From assembly GCA_036010905.1 (NCBI GenBank), contig DASCMH010000007.1, positions 24,216-88,215 on the forward strand: a DNA stretch of 64,000 nucleotides. Reading direction: 5' to 3'. How positions within the stretch are numbered: position 1 is the first letter of the stretch; each line of letters opens with the position of its first letter. The translations under genes and the position numbers were made by a program. Shown here in pieces: positions 44,195 through 54,680 of this stretch. This stretch comes from Gammaproteobacteria bacterium. Its GTDB lineage: Bacteria > Pseudomonadota > Gammaproteobacteria > Steroidobacterales > GCA-2729495. The notes beneath the pieces were generated by a model. The model searched no databases and was not told where the DNA came from. It saw nothing but the letters and a program-made list of their open reading frames with translations.

Positions 44195-45153
44195 CGCAGA
44201 CGCTCCGCAACCCGGAGTGTTGCGCTACGGGCTCTTGGGTTATTCTCAATTTCGTGCTCATCCGGCCTGCTGGCTCGCACCGGCAATTGCAGACGCGGCA
44301 ATGCCGACTCGGGGACCCGGGGTAACCGCGACAGTGCCGGATCTATGCGTGCGTGATCACGCATAAACCGCTTGACGATACGGTCCTCAAGAGAATGAAA
44401 GCTGATCACAGCCAGTCGCCCGCCGATACGCAACGCATCGACAGCCTGGCCGAGACCCTGCTCGATAGCTTCGAGTTCGCGATTGATATGAATACGTATT
44501 GCCTGAAAGGTTTTTGTTGCCGGATGCTTGCCACCGGGCTTACGCCTGACGACCCCCTCAATCAATGCAGCAAGCTGACCCGTCGTGCGGATCGCTTGCT
44601 GGGTACGATGATGGCAGATCTCCCGGGCAATCCGGGGTGCCGCCCGCTCCTCGCCAAACTGAAATAACACTTTTCTTATCGATGCTTCTGTCGCGCTGTT
44701 AAGCCAATCTGCTGCACTCTGCCCTTCGGCTGGATTCATGCGCATATCAAGCGAACCCTCCAACCGAAAACTGAATCCACGGTGTTGATCATCAAGCTGC
44801 GGCGACGACACACCGAGATCAAACAACACCCCACTCACCCTTCCAAACACTTCGTACCCTTCTAAATATTCACGCAACTGCGCGAAGTTCCGCTGCTCTA
44901 TTACTAACCGTGGATCACCGTCCGCCAGCATTCGGCCCGCATTGACAGCCTCCGGGTCCCGGTCCAGAGCAAACAGACGACCACCAACCCCCAATCGCTG
45001 CAGAATTTCACCAGTGTGACCACCACGGCCGAACGTCGTATCGACGTAGATGCCATCCGCCACAACCTGCAGCTGGTCAACCGCATCTTCAAGCAACACC
45101 GGCACATGTGAACTCACCCCACACCCCTGCATAGCCAGGGAACGTCTACTCAT
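44191..45153 (-). CDS. rsmH: 16S rRNA (cytosine1402-N4)-methyltransferase RsmH (MraW)
   Basis: 320 aa. HVPVLLEDAV...YVDTTFGRGGH...SFHSLEDRIVK signatures. Confidence 0.96.
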   Translation of the reverse strand: MSRRSLAMQGCGVSSHVPVLLEDAVDQLQVVADGIYVDTTFGRGGHTGEILQRLGVGGRLFALDRDPEAVNAGRMLADGDPRLVIEQRNFAQLREYLEGYEVFGRVSGVLFDLGVSSPQLDDQHRGFSFRLEGSLDMRMNPAEGQSAADWLNSATEASIRKVLFQFGEERAAPRIAREICHHRTQQAIRTTGQLAALIEGVVRRKPGGKHPATKTFQAIRIHINRELEAIEQGLGQAVDALRIGGRLAVISFHSLEDRIVKRFMRDHARIDPALSRLPRVPESALPRLQLPVRASRPDEHEIENNPRARSATLRVAERLR

Positions 45154-45171
45154 GAACGGCTAGCGTCGTGG

Positions 45172-45627
45172 CTAGTAAGACAATGTTTCCAGTTCGGCAG
45201 TTAAATCTGCTCCATCCACAGACCCGGAATCCATCCAGCGACTCAGTTGCTCGTTCCAGCGACCCTCATCCCACAATTCAAATTTATTACCTTGCCCAAA
45301 CATCATGGCCTGACGATCAAGACCTGCAAATTCTCGATGCTCTTTTGGAATCAGCACTCGATTGTGTCCATCGAGTTCGAGGTCGGTCGCATAACCCATC
45401 AGCAAGCCACGTAATTTCTGTGCCGTCTCGTTCAGACTCGGCAAGCGCATCAGTTTGCGTTCCGTTTCCTCCCAATCCGGCAGCGGATAAATAAGCAGAC
45501 AGCTACGCTGGTCCACTGTGCATATCAACTGACCACCACAACGGGTCGCAATCCGTTCCCGGTATTTGGTCGGTATCGATAGCCGCCCCTTGGCGTCAAG
45601 CGTGATTTTTGTTGGTCCGCGAAGCAT
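45172..45627 (-). CDS. mraZ: transcriptional regulator MraZ
   Basis: ATG at 45627 gives MLRGPTKITLDAKGRLSIPTKYR (compare E. coli MFRGATLVNLDSKGRLSVP). Two SpoVT/AbrB-like repeats. The longer track ORF would run through the gene's own promoter. Confidence 0.95.
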   Translation of the reverse strand: MLRGPTKITLDAKGRLSIPTKYRERIATRCGGQLICTVDQRSCLLIYPLPDWEETERKLMRLPSLNETAQKLRGLLMGYATDLELDGHNRVLIPKEHREFAGLDRQAMMFGQGNKFELWDEGRWNEQLSRWMDSGSVDGADLTAELETLSY

Positions 45628-45644
45628 GACAATGGGGGTAAATA

Positions 45645-45708
45645 ACCCATTTTCTCCCACTTTTTTCCACTTGATGACACTATAGGTATCCCTCCAACCG
45701 ACTGTCAA
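45645..45708 (-). promoter_or_regulatory. Pmra-type sigma70 promoter plus three MraZ-box direct repeats
   Basis: The minus strand reads TTGACA (45708-45703), an 18-nt spacer, TATAGT (45684-45679), then gtcatcaaGTGGAaaaaaGTGGGagaaaaTGGGTt. That gives three TGGRN repeats with exact 10-nt periodicity between the -10 element and the mraZ ATG. Confidence 0.8.
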
Positions 45709-45837
45709 TAAAAGTTTTGATTATTTCTTTCAGGACAGCAACTTAGCGGTGGTTTTGAGTAAAAAACAAAGCAGATTTTTATTCAGCTCGTACTATAAAT
45801 CAGGAGCTTAGAACGCTTTCCTTCAGCAATTATTAAG

Positions 45838-45866
45838 AGTAAAAAAAAAGCCCCTGAACGGGGCGT
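45838..45866 (-). terminator. rho-independent terminator downstream of rnpB
   Basis: The minus strand reads gccccgttcaggggc (5-bp GC stem, 5-nt loop) followed by a run of 9 T's (plus-strand A-run 45841-45849). Confidence 0.75.
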
Positions 45867-45919
45867 TTACTCGGTCTGCTGTAGCAATTGCGCAATACAG
45901 TGCAAAAGCCACTGATTAA

Positions 45920-46310
45920 TAAGGAGTCGGCCTGTAAGCCGGGTTCTGTCGAGGACAATCATTCATCTGGGACCGCTGTCGCCAACGGCCTCTAGCGACC
46001 TACCCGGGAGTCCGCGCGAACACCGGTTCTGATGGCCTTGCGGCCAACAGGCACTCCCCTATTTGGTCTTGCTCCGGGTGGGGTTTACCGTGCCGCGGCA
46101 TGTTACCACCCGCGCGGTGCGCTCTTACCGCACCTTTTCACCCTTACCACGACCCGTTTCCAGAACGCGGCGGTATATTTTCTGTGGCACTTTCCGTGGA
46201 CTCGCGCCCCCCAGGCGTTACCTGGCACCCTGTTCGCAGGAGCCCGGACTTTCCTCCCGACGCAGGCGATTTACACCACCCCGTCAGGCGATTGCCCGGC
46301 CGACTCCAGC
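45920..46310 (-). ncRNA. rnpB: RNase P RNA, bacterial type A (M1 RNA)
   Basis: The minus strand contains the universally conserved blocks GAGGAAAGTCCGGGCTCC...GGGTGCCAGGTAACGCCTGGG...GGTAAGGGTGAAAAGGTGCGGTAAGAGCGCACC...CGGTAAACCCCACCCGGAGCAAGACCAAATAGGGG...ACAGAACCCGGCTTA. A P1 pairing forms between GGAGTCGGCC (5') and GGCCGACTCC (3'). Ends are approximate, within a few nt. Position upstream of mraZ, as in pseudomonads. Confidence 0.95.
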
Positions 46311-46461
46311 CACCACGATAACGAGGCCGGGAGCCGGTGTACAGTGTTGCTGGGCATCTGCAACGGTTCAGCTCAGCCCTGTGACGTTTACAAACTACTT
46401 TTCTACGCATGGAATCAGCCCGGCGCCGGTCAGAAACAGATGTTTGCCAGAGCAGGCCGTC

Positions 46462-47427
46462 TCAATCCAGGTCCTGCACCACCAGAACCAGTTTGCCGCG
46501 CGTACGTCTGCTCTCGGAGCGGCGATGCGCGTCTACCGCAGCTTCAAGCGGCAGCGCTTCAATCTGCGGCAGCGGCAACTGTCCATCACGATATAGGGCG
46601 ACCAACTCGGCGAGCATCGGGCCATCGGCACGGTGATGCAGGAATTCCGTCTTGATTTGCCGGTCAGCAATATCTGGAATTTCGGGTGGCTCGTTATTCA
46701 TGTAAACGACGACACCGCCGGTCTTCACAAGCCGGATCGCGGCTTCAGCAATACCCTCGCCAAGCAGGGACTCGAGCACGAAGTCGACCCCCTCCGGTTC
46801 ACGTTCACGAATTGCCGCTGCATAATCGACCCTCGTGTAATCAATCACGTGGTCCGCGCCGCGGCCACGCAGGTACTCGGAATTATCCTGCCGGGCCGTT
46901 GTATATACCGTGGCCCCCAGGCGTTTCGCCATGGGGATTGCAGCGCTCCCCAGTCCTCCGGCGCCCGCCTGGATAAGGGCTGTTTGCCCGCGTTTCAGCG
47001 CACCAAACTCAGCCAGAGATTGCCAGGCTGTTAAGCTGGCCAAGGGCAGAGCAGCCGCCTCGATAAAGGATAAATTCGTTGGCTTGGTAGCTAACGCTGA
47101 TGCATCGATCGGTGCATACTCGGCATAGCTACCATGCTGTATCGACCAGGTGAAGGCCAGGCCGAGCACTTCATCGCCTACATGCCAAGCCGTGACTTCA
47201 TTACCCACCTCGACAATTCGCCCGGCCAGATCCCAACCAGGCACAACCGGAAACGTACGCGTAATGTACTCCTGGAGTTCGCCATCACGAAGCCGGCGAT
47301 CAATCGGGTTAACGCCAGCCGCGGCGATTTGCACGAGCACCTGATCGGGGGCTGGCTTGGGCACCGGCAAGTCCCCAAGCCGGAGTACATCGGGATTTCC
47401 ATGAGATTCGTAATAGACGGCGCGCAA
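46462..47427 (-). CDS. zinc-type alcohol dehydrogenase / NADPH:quinone oxidoreductase family (MDR) protein
   Basis: (M)RAVYYESHGNPDVLRLGDLPVPKP..., GroES-like N-domain, and a Rossmann motif AGAGGLGSAAIPMAKRLGA. The proposed TTG start at 47427 lies 7 nt after AGGAG. The track ORF's longer N-terminus has no support. Confidence 0.85.
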   Translation of the reverse strand: MRAVYYESHGNPDVLRLGDLPVPKPAPDQVLVQIAAAGVNPIDRRLRDGELQEYITRTFPVVPGWDLAGRIVEVGNEVTAWHVGDEVLGLAFTWSIQHGSYAEYAPIDASALATKPTNLSFIEAAALPLASLTAWQSLAEFGALKRGQTALIQAGAGGLGSAAIPMAKRLGATVYTTARQDNSEYLRGRGADHVIDYTRVDYAAAIREREPEGVDFVLESLLGEGIAEAAIRLVKTGGVVVYMNNEPPEIPDIADRQIKTEFLHHRADGPMLAELVALYRDGQLPLPQIEALPLEAAVDAHRRSESRRTRGKLVLVVQDLD

Positions 47428-47854
47428 CAAAATTCTCCTGTTTACAAGTGGCTGACAGATTAGTAACTGTACCCGACAAGTAACCGTCAACTACCAGAAT
47501 ACACCAGCTATCCCTTGCTTGTTGCAGCATCAATGCCTGACTGAATATATCTTCTCATTATGTGGCAAACTCGCCAGGCAGAAAAGATCCGCTTTGCCTG
47601 AACATACAACAGACTGCCGCAAGACGGCGAAATGGCCGCTCCAACCAGAATCAACGCTTCATCGGATTGAACGGCTGCTTATGAGTGGCAACCTCAACCG
47701 GGATAACGCAGCACCTGAACTCTAAACGTTACACAGAGTGAGGATGTTGCAGACCATGGCAGTCATTCACAAGGTTGCCGGACTCTATTTTTATCCAAGG
47801 CTTTACCAGCCGGGACAAACTCAGAAATCACGGCCGAATGAAGTCCGCAAAGCA

Positions 47855-48703
47855 TTAATCACGCTCTTTAAGTTCGGTTGCAAGCCGATAAGCCTCGCGC
47901 TTCTTCACGCCGGTGATTTCAGCCGCCAGCGAAGCCGCCTGGCTGGCAGAAACAGACTGCAGTAATATCGCCAGCACCCGCTCCAGTTCAGGTAAAGCAG
48001 TCATTTGTTGCTCGGCAACTCCGGCAATCACCAGGGTAAATTCACCCTTACCCCCGCCCGGATCAGCCCCCAATTGCTCCCGCACCTCTGTCACAGTACC
48101 GCGATAGATCGTCTCATACCGCTTGGTCAACTCACGTGCCAGCGTAATGGGTCGTTCTGTACCGAAGATAGTCTCAAGATCGACCAAGACCTCTGCAACC
48201 CGATGCACCGATTCGTACAGAATCAGCGTCTCGGTTACATCGCTTAGCACCCTTAGCCGATTCCGACGCGCCACGGACCGGGCCGGCAGAAATCCCTCGA
48301 AACGGAACCGGTCGGTAGGCAAACCGGACACTGATAAAGCCGCAATCGCTGCGCAGCAACCGGGCACCGGGCTGACCGGCAGAGCCTTGGCACGCACTCG
48401 TTCAACCACCCGGTAGCCGGGGTCACTGATCAGCGGGGTGCCGGCATCACTGATCAGTGCGACATCACCGCCGGACAACAGTGTGCTGAGTACTTCATCG
48501 ACACGCGACTTTTCATTGTGCTCATGCAATGACAACAACCGATTTTTCAACCCCAGGTGGGTTAGCAATTGACCCGCCCGCCGGGTATCCTCGGCAGCTA
48601 CTATTACAACCTTGCGCAACACATCGCGTGCACGTGCACTGATGTCGTCAAGATTCCCGATCGGTGTCGCGACCACATAAAGTGTCCCGGAATCCGCTGT
48701 CAA
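47855..48703 (-). CDS. rsmI: 16S rRNA (cytidine1402-2'-O)-methyltransferase RsmI
   Basis: 282 aa. LYVVATPIGNLDDISARA N-terminus of the tetrapyrrole-methylase-fold RsmI/YraL family. Divergent from lpoA. Confidence 0.93.
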   Translation of the reverse strand: MTADSGTLYVVATPIGNLDDISARARDVLRKVVIVAAEDTRRAGQLLTHLGLKNRLLSLHEHNEKSRVDEVLSTLLSGGDVALISDAGTPLISDPGYRVVERVRAKALPVSPVPGCCAAIAALSVSGLPTDRFRFEGFLPARSVARRNRLRVLSDVTETLILYESVHRVAEVLVDLETIFGTERPITLARELTKRYETIYRGTVTEVREQLGADPGGGKGEFTLVIAGVAEQQMTALPELERVLAILLQSVSASQAASLAAEITGVKKREAYRLATELKERD

Positions 48704-48728
48704 AACCTATAAGCTCCTGAGTTCAAAC

Positions 48729-50678
48729 GTGAACCATCAATATTCAATCATCGCAAGTCTACGCCTTACCATACCTGCCGTCGTGTGGCTGATCATACTG
48801 ACAGGACTGGCAGGCTGCACAGCGATACCGGTGATCTCACAAACCGGGGCCCCTGAATATGCTGCAACCAGCCGAGCCGAGCAATTTGCCTCCCGGGGCC
48901 AGCATCGGGAGGCGGCCGACGCCTACCTCGAACTGGCCAACCTGACAGCAGACTACGCCGAGCGCCAAAGCTACCTGATCCTGATGGCACATGAACGTCT
49001 GCTGGCTGGTTTCCCGGAAATCGCTAAAAACATCCTCAACCGTTTGGGCGAACCAATTGCTGAATCCAACCTGCTGTTAAGGTCCCGGGTGATGGCCGAG
49101 ATCTACATTGCAACCGACGAACCAAAACGGGCGCTTGAAACTCTGGCCAGGGCACCGGCCAGCCAGGATCAGGAGATGATGCTGGAAATTCTGCGCTTGC
49201 AAGGCAATGCGCTGTTTCGCACCGGCCAGCCGGTTGCGGCGACCGAGATTCTGATCGAACGAGAAACCTGGCTTGAGGACAGCAACGACATCCTTACGCA
49301 CCAGAATGATCTATGGAAAAGTTACCAGGCCTGGGGTGGTCAACTGGCGGACGATATCACTGGCGACCCGATCCTGCTGGGTTGGCTTGCTCTGGGTCGT
49401 ATTGCCTGGATCCAGCGAACCAACCCGGCCTCAATGCGTGCGGCCCTGCGCGCGTGGCAATCCAGTTATTTTAATCACCCGGCCAATAATCCGCTCGTCG
49501 CAACCATCCTGCAACAACTTCCCACTGCCCTTGAATACCCGCGCCAGATCGCCGTGTTGCTGCCGCTGTCGGGCCGACAGAAGCAACCGGCTCGAGCCGT
49601 GCGTGACGGTCTGCTGGCAGCCCATTACCTGACCCACGCCCAGGGATCACGCCCGCAGATCAGAATTTATGACATCGATGTGGCCGGCACGGCACGGTCG
49701 TATGCTCAGGCCATCAGTGACGGAGCAAATTTTGTCATTGGCCCGCTACTCAAAGAGGCGGTACAGGAACTTGCCAACACCGGCATCACAACACCAACCC
49801 TGACGCTGAACTTCCTCCCTGAAAAATTCCCACAATCCGTCGGGTTTTACCAGTTCTCCCTGTCACCCGAAGATGAAGCCCGGCAGGTAGCGCGACGAGC
49901 GGCGGCACTCGGTCAATATCGTGCGCTGGCACTGGCCCCCGACACTGCATGGGGCAAACGACTGATGACCGCCTTTAACGCAGAACTACAGGCGCAGGGC
50001 GGAAAAATTATTGACTACCGATTCTATGAGCCGCACAACCCGGACTTTTCCAGCAGCATCGAGCAATTGCTGCTGATTGATGAAAGTCGCCGCCGCCGTG
50101 ATCGGCTCAGGGCAAATATTGGCATTCCACTCGAATATGAACCGCGACGGCGAGCGGATATCGATTTAATCTTTCTGGCAGCACGCGCAACAACCGGTAA
50201 GCTGATCAAACCGCAATTACGCTTCCATTACGCTGGCGCAGTGCCAACCTACTCAACATCTACGATTTACGAGGAAGGCTCACGGAATAATTCAGATCTT
50301 AACGGCATCATGTTTCCGGACGTGCCCTGGGTGATAAAGCCAGACGGCCTGTCGGACAAGGCACGACAAACACTGGCTAAATACTGGCCCGACCAGGCGG
50401 AGCGCCGACCGCGGCTTCACGCACTGGGTTTCGATGCCTACCGGCTGGTTCCATTCGTCAATTCCGGCAGCAACGGGCAGGAAATCGAGGGCATGACCGG
50501 GAGACTGTATTTTGACGATCGCAACCGGATTCTGCGCCGGCTGTCCTGGGCAAAAATGCAACACGGCCGACCGGTGCTGATGGATCCGCTGGCCGAACCG
50601 GAACGAATTAGCGACGAAACGACCAACTACGACAATTGGCCCAACACATCAACAACGGCCGAACTGCCGAAAAACTAG
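48729..50678 (+). CDS. lpoA: penicillin-binding protein activator LpoA (outer-membrane lipoprotein)
   Basis: 649 aa with a GTG start. Lipobox LTGLAGC, N-terminal TPR-like domain, and a C-terminal type-1 periplasmic-binding-fold domain (IAVLLPLSGRQKQPARAVRDG). rsmI/lpoA/yraN/diaA synteny. Confidence 0.88.
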   Translation: MNHQYSIIASLRLTIPAVVWLIILTGLAGCTAIPVISQTGAPEYAATSRAEQFASRGQHREAADAYLELANLTADYAERQSYLILMAHERLLAGFPEIAKNILNRLGEPIAESNLLLRSRVMAEIYIATDEPKRALETLARAPASQDQEMMLEILRLQGNALFRTGQPVAATEILIERETWLEDSNDILTHQNDLWKSYQAWGGQLADDITGDPILLGWLALGRIAWIQRTNPASMRAALRAWQSSYFNHPANNPLVATILQQLPTALEYPRQIAVLLPLSGRQKQPARAVRDGLLAAHYLTHAQGSRPQIRIYDIDVAGTARSYAQAISDGANFVIGPLLKEAVQELANTGITTPTLTLNFLPEKFPQSVGFYQFSLSPEDEARQVARRAAALGQYRALALAPDTAWGKRLMTAFNAELQAQGGKIIDYRFYEPHNPDFSSSIEQLLLIDESRRRRDRLRANIGIPLEYEPRRRADIDLIFLAARATTGKLIKPQLRFHYAGAVPTYSTSTIYEEGSRNNSDLNGIMFPDVPWVIKPDGLSDKARQTLAKYWPDQAERRPRLHALGFDAYRLVPFVNSGSNGQEIEGMTGRLYFDDRNRILRRLSWAKMQHGRPVLMDPLAEPERISDETTNYDNWPNTSTTAELPKN

Positions 50679-51016
50679 CCCGCCGCTTTCTAACCGACCG
50701 CGGGCTGACAGTCGTGACCACTAATTACCACTGTCGCTACGGTGAACTCGACCTGGTCATGTGCCAGGCAGAACTCTTGATCATCGTAGAAATTCGCTAC
50801 CGGCAGCAGACCACATTTGGTGGTCCCATAGCATCAATTGCAACGGCGAAACAGCGCAAGATTGCCATTGCAACACAACATTTTTTGCGCCATTACCCAA
50901 CCTACCGGGATGCACCGGTACGATTCGACGTTGTTGGACTGACCGGTACACTGCACACTCCGGACATAGACTGGATTACCGGTGCGTTTACAATGGACGA
51001 CCTGACTGACACATAA
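50636..51016 (+). CDS. yraN: YraN family (UPF0102) endonuclease-like protein
   Basis: 126 aa. GRTAEKLARRFLTDRGLTVVTTNYHCRYGELDLV...IVEIRYR, a typical YraN PD-(D/E)xK core. The TTG start overlaps lpoA by 43 nt. There is no downstream ATG before the conserved N-terminus. Confidence 0.85.
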   Translation: MAQHINNGRTAEKLARRFLTDRGLTVVTTNYHCRYGELDLVMCQAELLIIVEIRYRQQTTFGGPIASIATAKQRKIAIATQHFLRHYPTYRDAPVRFDVVGLTGTLHTPDIDWITGAFTMDDLTDT

Positions 51017-51628
<612 letters not shown>

Positions 51629-51692
51629 TTCCGGATTCATCTACCCTTCTCTGAACAACATTTCGTGTCCGCCATGATCCCACCAAGGTGTC

Positions 51693-51778
51693 GCGGTATT
51701 TTTCCGTCAGGCATTCTTACAAAACCTTAAAACCGCTCCTGCGGCGTTTTGCAAGAATGCCTGACGGAAAAATACCGC
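51693..51778. repeat. 86-bp near-perfect palindrome (33-nt arms, 20-nt spacer)
   Basis: Arm 51693-51725 is gcggtatttttccgtcaggcattcttacaaaac. Arm 51746-51778 is gttttgcaagaatgcctgacggaaaaataccgc. They are complementary at 32 of 33 positions. The spacer holds a nested ccgc-tcct-gcgg hairpin. Confidence 0.95.
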
Positions 51779-51814
51779 CCAGGGAAAGATTAAAGAAAAC
51801 GCAGCTAAGCCGTA

Positions 51815-52237
51815 CTATTTAACGATACGCAGCCGTGCTCGACCGGAACCGGCCGGTGGTGGTTCGGGACTGTCATCATCGTCGTCGGCAGGTGGGGTCG
51901 GCTGACTATCCACCGCATCCTGTTCGGCAAACAGCATACCCTCACCTGATTCACGCGCATAAATACCGAGCACTGAATCCATGGGCGCCCTGATCAGGTG
52001 TGCCTTGCCGCTGAAACGTGTCTCAAATTGAATGTCATCATTGCCTAGCACCAGGTTTTTGGTCGCCGAATAGCTGCAATTCAGAACGATCTTGCCGCCC
52101 TGAATATGCTCAAGTGGAACCTGTAAACCCGATACGGTGGCATCCAGGACGAGATGTGGTGTCTTACCGTTATCCGTCATCCATTCATGCAGTGCCCTGA
52201 TCAGGTAGGGTCGCTGCGAAAGATCCTGATGCGGCAT
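51815..52237 (-). CDS. sspB: ClpXP adaptor / stringent starvation protein B
   Basis: 140 aa. MPHQDLSQRPYLIRALHEWMTDNGKTPHLVLDA matches the SspB N-domain. An acidic linker and a C-terminal ClpX-binding tail LRIVK (E. coli LRVVK) follow. Confidence 0.93.
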   Translation of the reverse strand: MPHQDLSQRPYLIRALHEWMTDNGKTPHLVLDATVSGLQVPLEHIQGGKIVLNCSYSATKNLVLGNDDIQFETRFSGKAHLIRAPMDSVLGIYARESGEGMLFAEQDAVDSQPTPPADDDDDSPEPPPAGSGRARLRIVK

Positions 52238-52263
52238 GGAACTAATGGCGATGCCGCTTACTG

Positions 52264-52307
52264 GTACATTTCCTGCTCAAGTTCCGTACATTTCCTGCTC
52301 AAGTTCC
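52264..52307. repeat. perfect 22-bp tandem duplication spanning the sspA stop codon
   Basis: gtacatttcctgctcaagttcc occurs at 52264-52285 and again at 52286-52307 (read directly). The next 2 nt (gt) also match. Confidence 0.97.
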
Positions 52308-52909
52308 GTCAGGCTTTCCTGAAAAGACGGTCGTGAGAACACTTCATTCATGTAACTGCGGATAGACTGGGCATGATCAGGAATCTCGATGCCATATAAA
52401 TGAAGTCGCCAGAGTATCGGCGCAATACTGCAATCAACGAGTGAAAAATCGTCGCTAAGAAAAAATCTCTTGGCGCTGAAAACCTCGGCGCTGGCTGTGA
52501 TACTTTCTTCCAGAATCTTTCGCGTGCGAGATGCCTGCTTGGGATCAAATGCGGCTTCCAACCGGTCTGCCAGGCTGTACCAGTCTTTCTCAATCCTATA
52601 CAACGCCAGACGAAACTGTGCACGAGTCACCGGATCTACAGGCATTAATGGTGGATGCGGAAATCGTTCGTCAATATATTCGATAATGACCCGTGAATCA
52701 TAAAGCACGAGATCCCGATCAACGAGCGTCGGCACACTATGATAAGGATTCAGATCGAGCAAATCCTCAGGCAGATCGGTACCTTCAACATTGACTACAT
52801 CAATCTTGATATTCTTCTCTGCCAGCACCAAGCGGGTGCGATGACTGTAAAAACAGGTTGGACTGGAAAATAACGTCATTATCGAATGCCTTCCGGCCAC
52901 AATAGCCAT
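52277..52909 (-). CDS. sspA: stringent starvation protein A (GST-like)
   Basis: 210 aa. MTLFSSPTCFYSHRTRLVLAEKNI..., GST N- and C-domains. Immediately upstream of sspB. Confidence 0.95.
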   Translation of the reverse strand: MAIVAGRHSIMTLFSSPTCFYSHRTRLVLAEKNIKIDVVNVEGTDLPEDLLDLNPYHSVPTLVDRDLVLYDSRVIIEYIDERFPHPPLMPVDPVTRAQFRLALYRIEKDWYSLADRLEAAFDPKQASRTRKILEESITASAEVFSAKRFFLSDDFSLVDCSIAPILWRLHLYGIEIPDHAQSIRSYMNEVFSRPSFQESLTELEQEMYGT

Positions 52910-53107
52910 GAACTAACTCCGCAGTACACTTTGAACCGCCCCTTGAATGATTAACAACACCAAATAAGTTTTATATTGGTGACGGCTCATCCCCGATTTT
53001 TTCCTATCGAGCCACAGACCCCAGCAAGGAGCACAGAAAATTCGTGCGAATTATACACAGGCGATTGCAAGGTTGACTACCGGCATGAACAGTTTTCACG
53101 CCCAGAA

Positions 53108-54599
<1,492 letters not shown>

Positions 54600-54680
54600 G
54601 GTTTTTCCTTTACGACGATAGTCACTTAATGTGCCGTCGAGGTTCTATTCTTGCAGGGTCGGTTATTATAATCACCACCT

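Noticed and set aside
46032-46655. Several 70-207 aa ORFs (46032-46655, 46063-46596, 46100-46321, 46144-46410) covering the rnpB region.
   Set aside because: The region matches RNase P RNA conserved blocks on the minus strand almost base for base. The ORF products are Pro/Arg/Ala-rich nonsense typical of structured GC-rich RNA genes.
47519-47965. ORFs 47519-47725 (68 aa) and 47738-47965 (75 aa) in or near the rnpB-rsmI insertion gap.
   Set aside because: Neither has a motif or a ribosome-binding site, and the second overlaps the rsmI 3' end in antisense. They are kept only as part of the finding about the unexplained gap.
54600-54680. Apparent TTGCAG ... TATAAT promoter for yrbG.
   Set aside because: The two hexamers are only 10 nt apart, too close for a sigma70 promoter. 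The TATAAT may still be a -10 element, but I cannot support a full promoter call.
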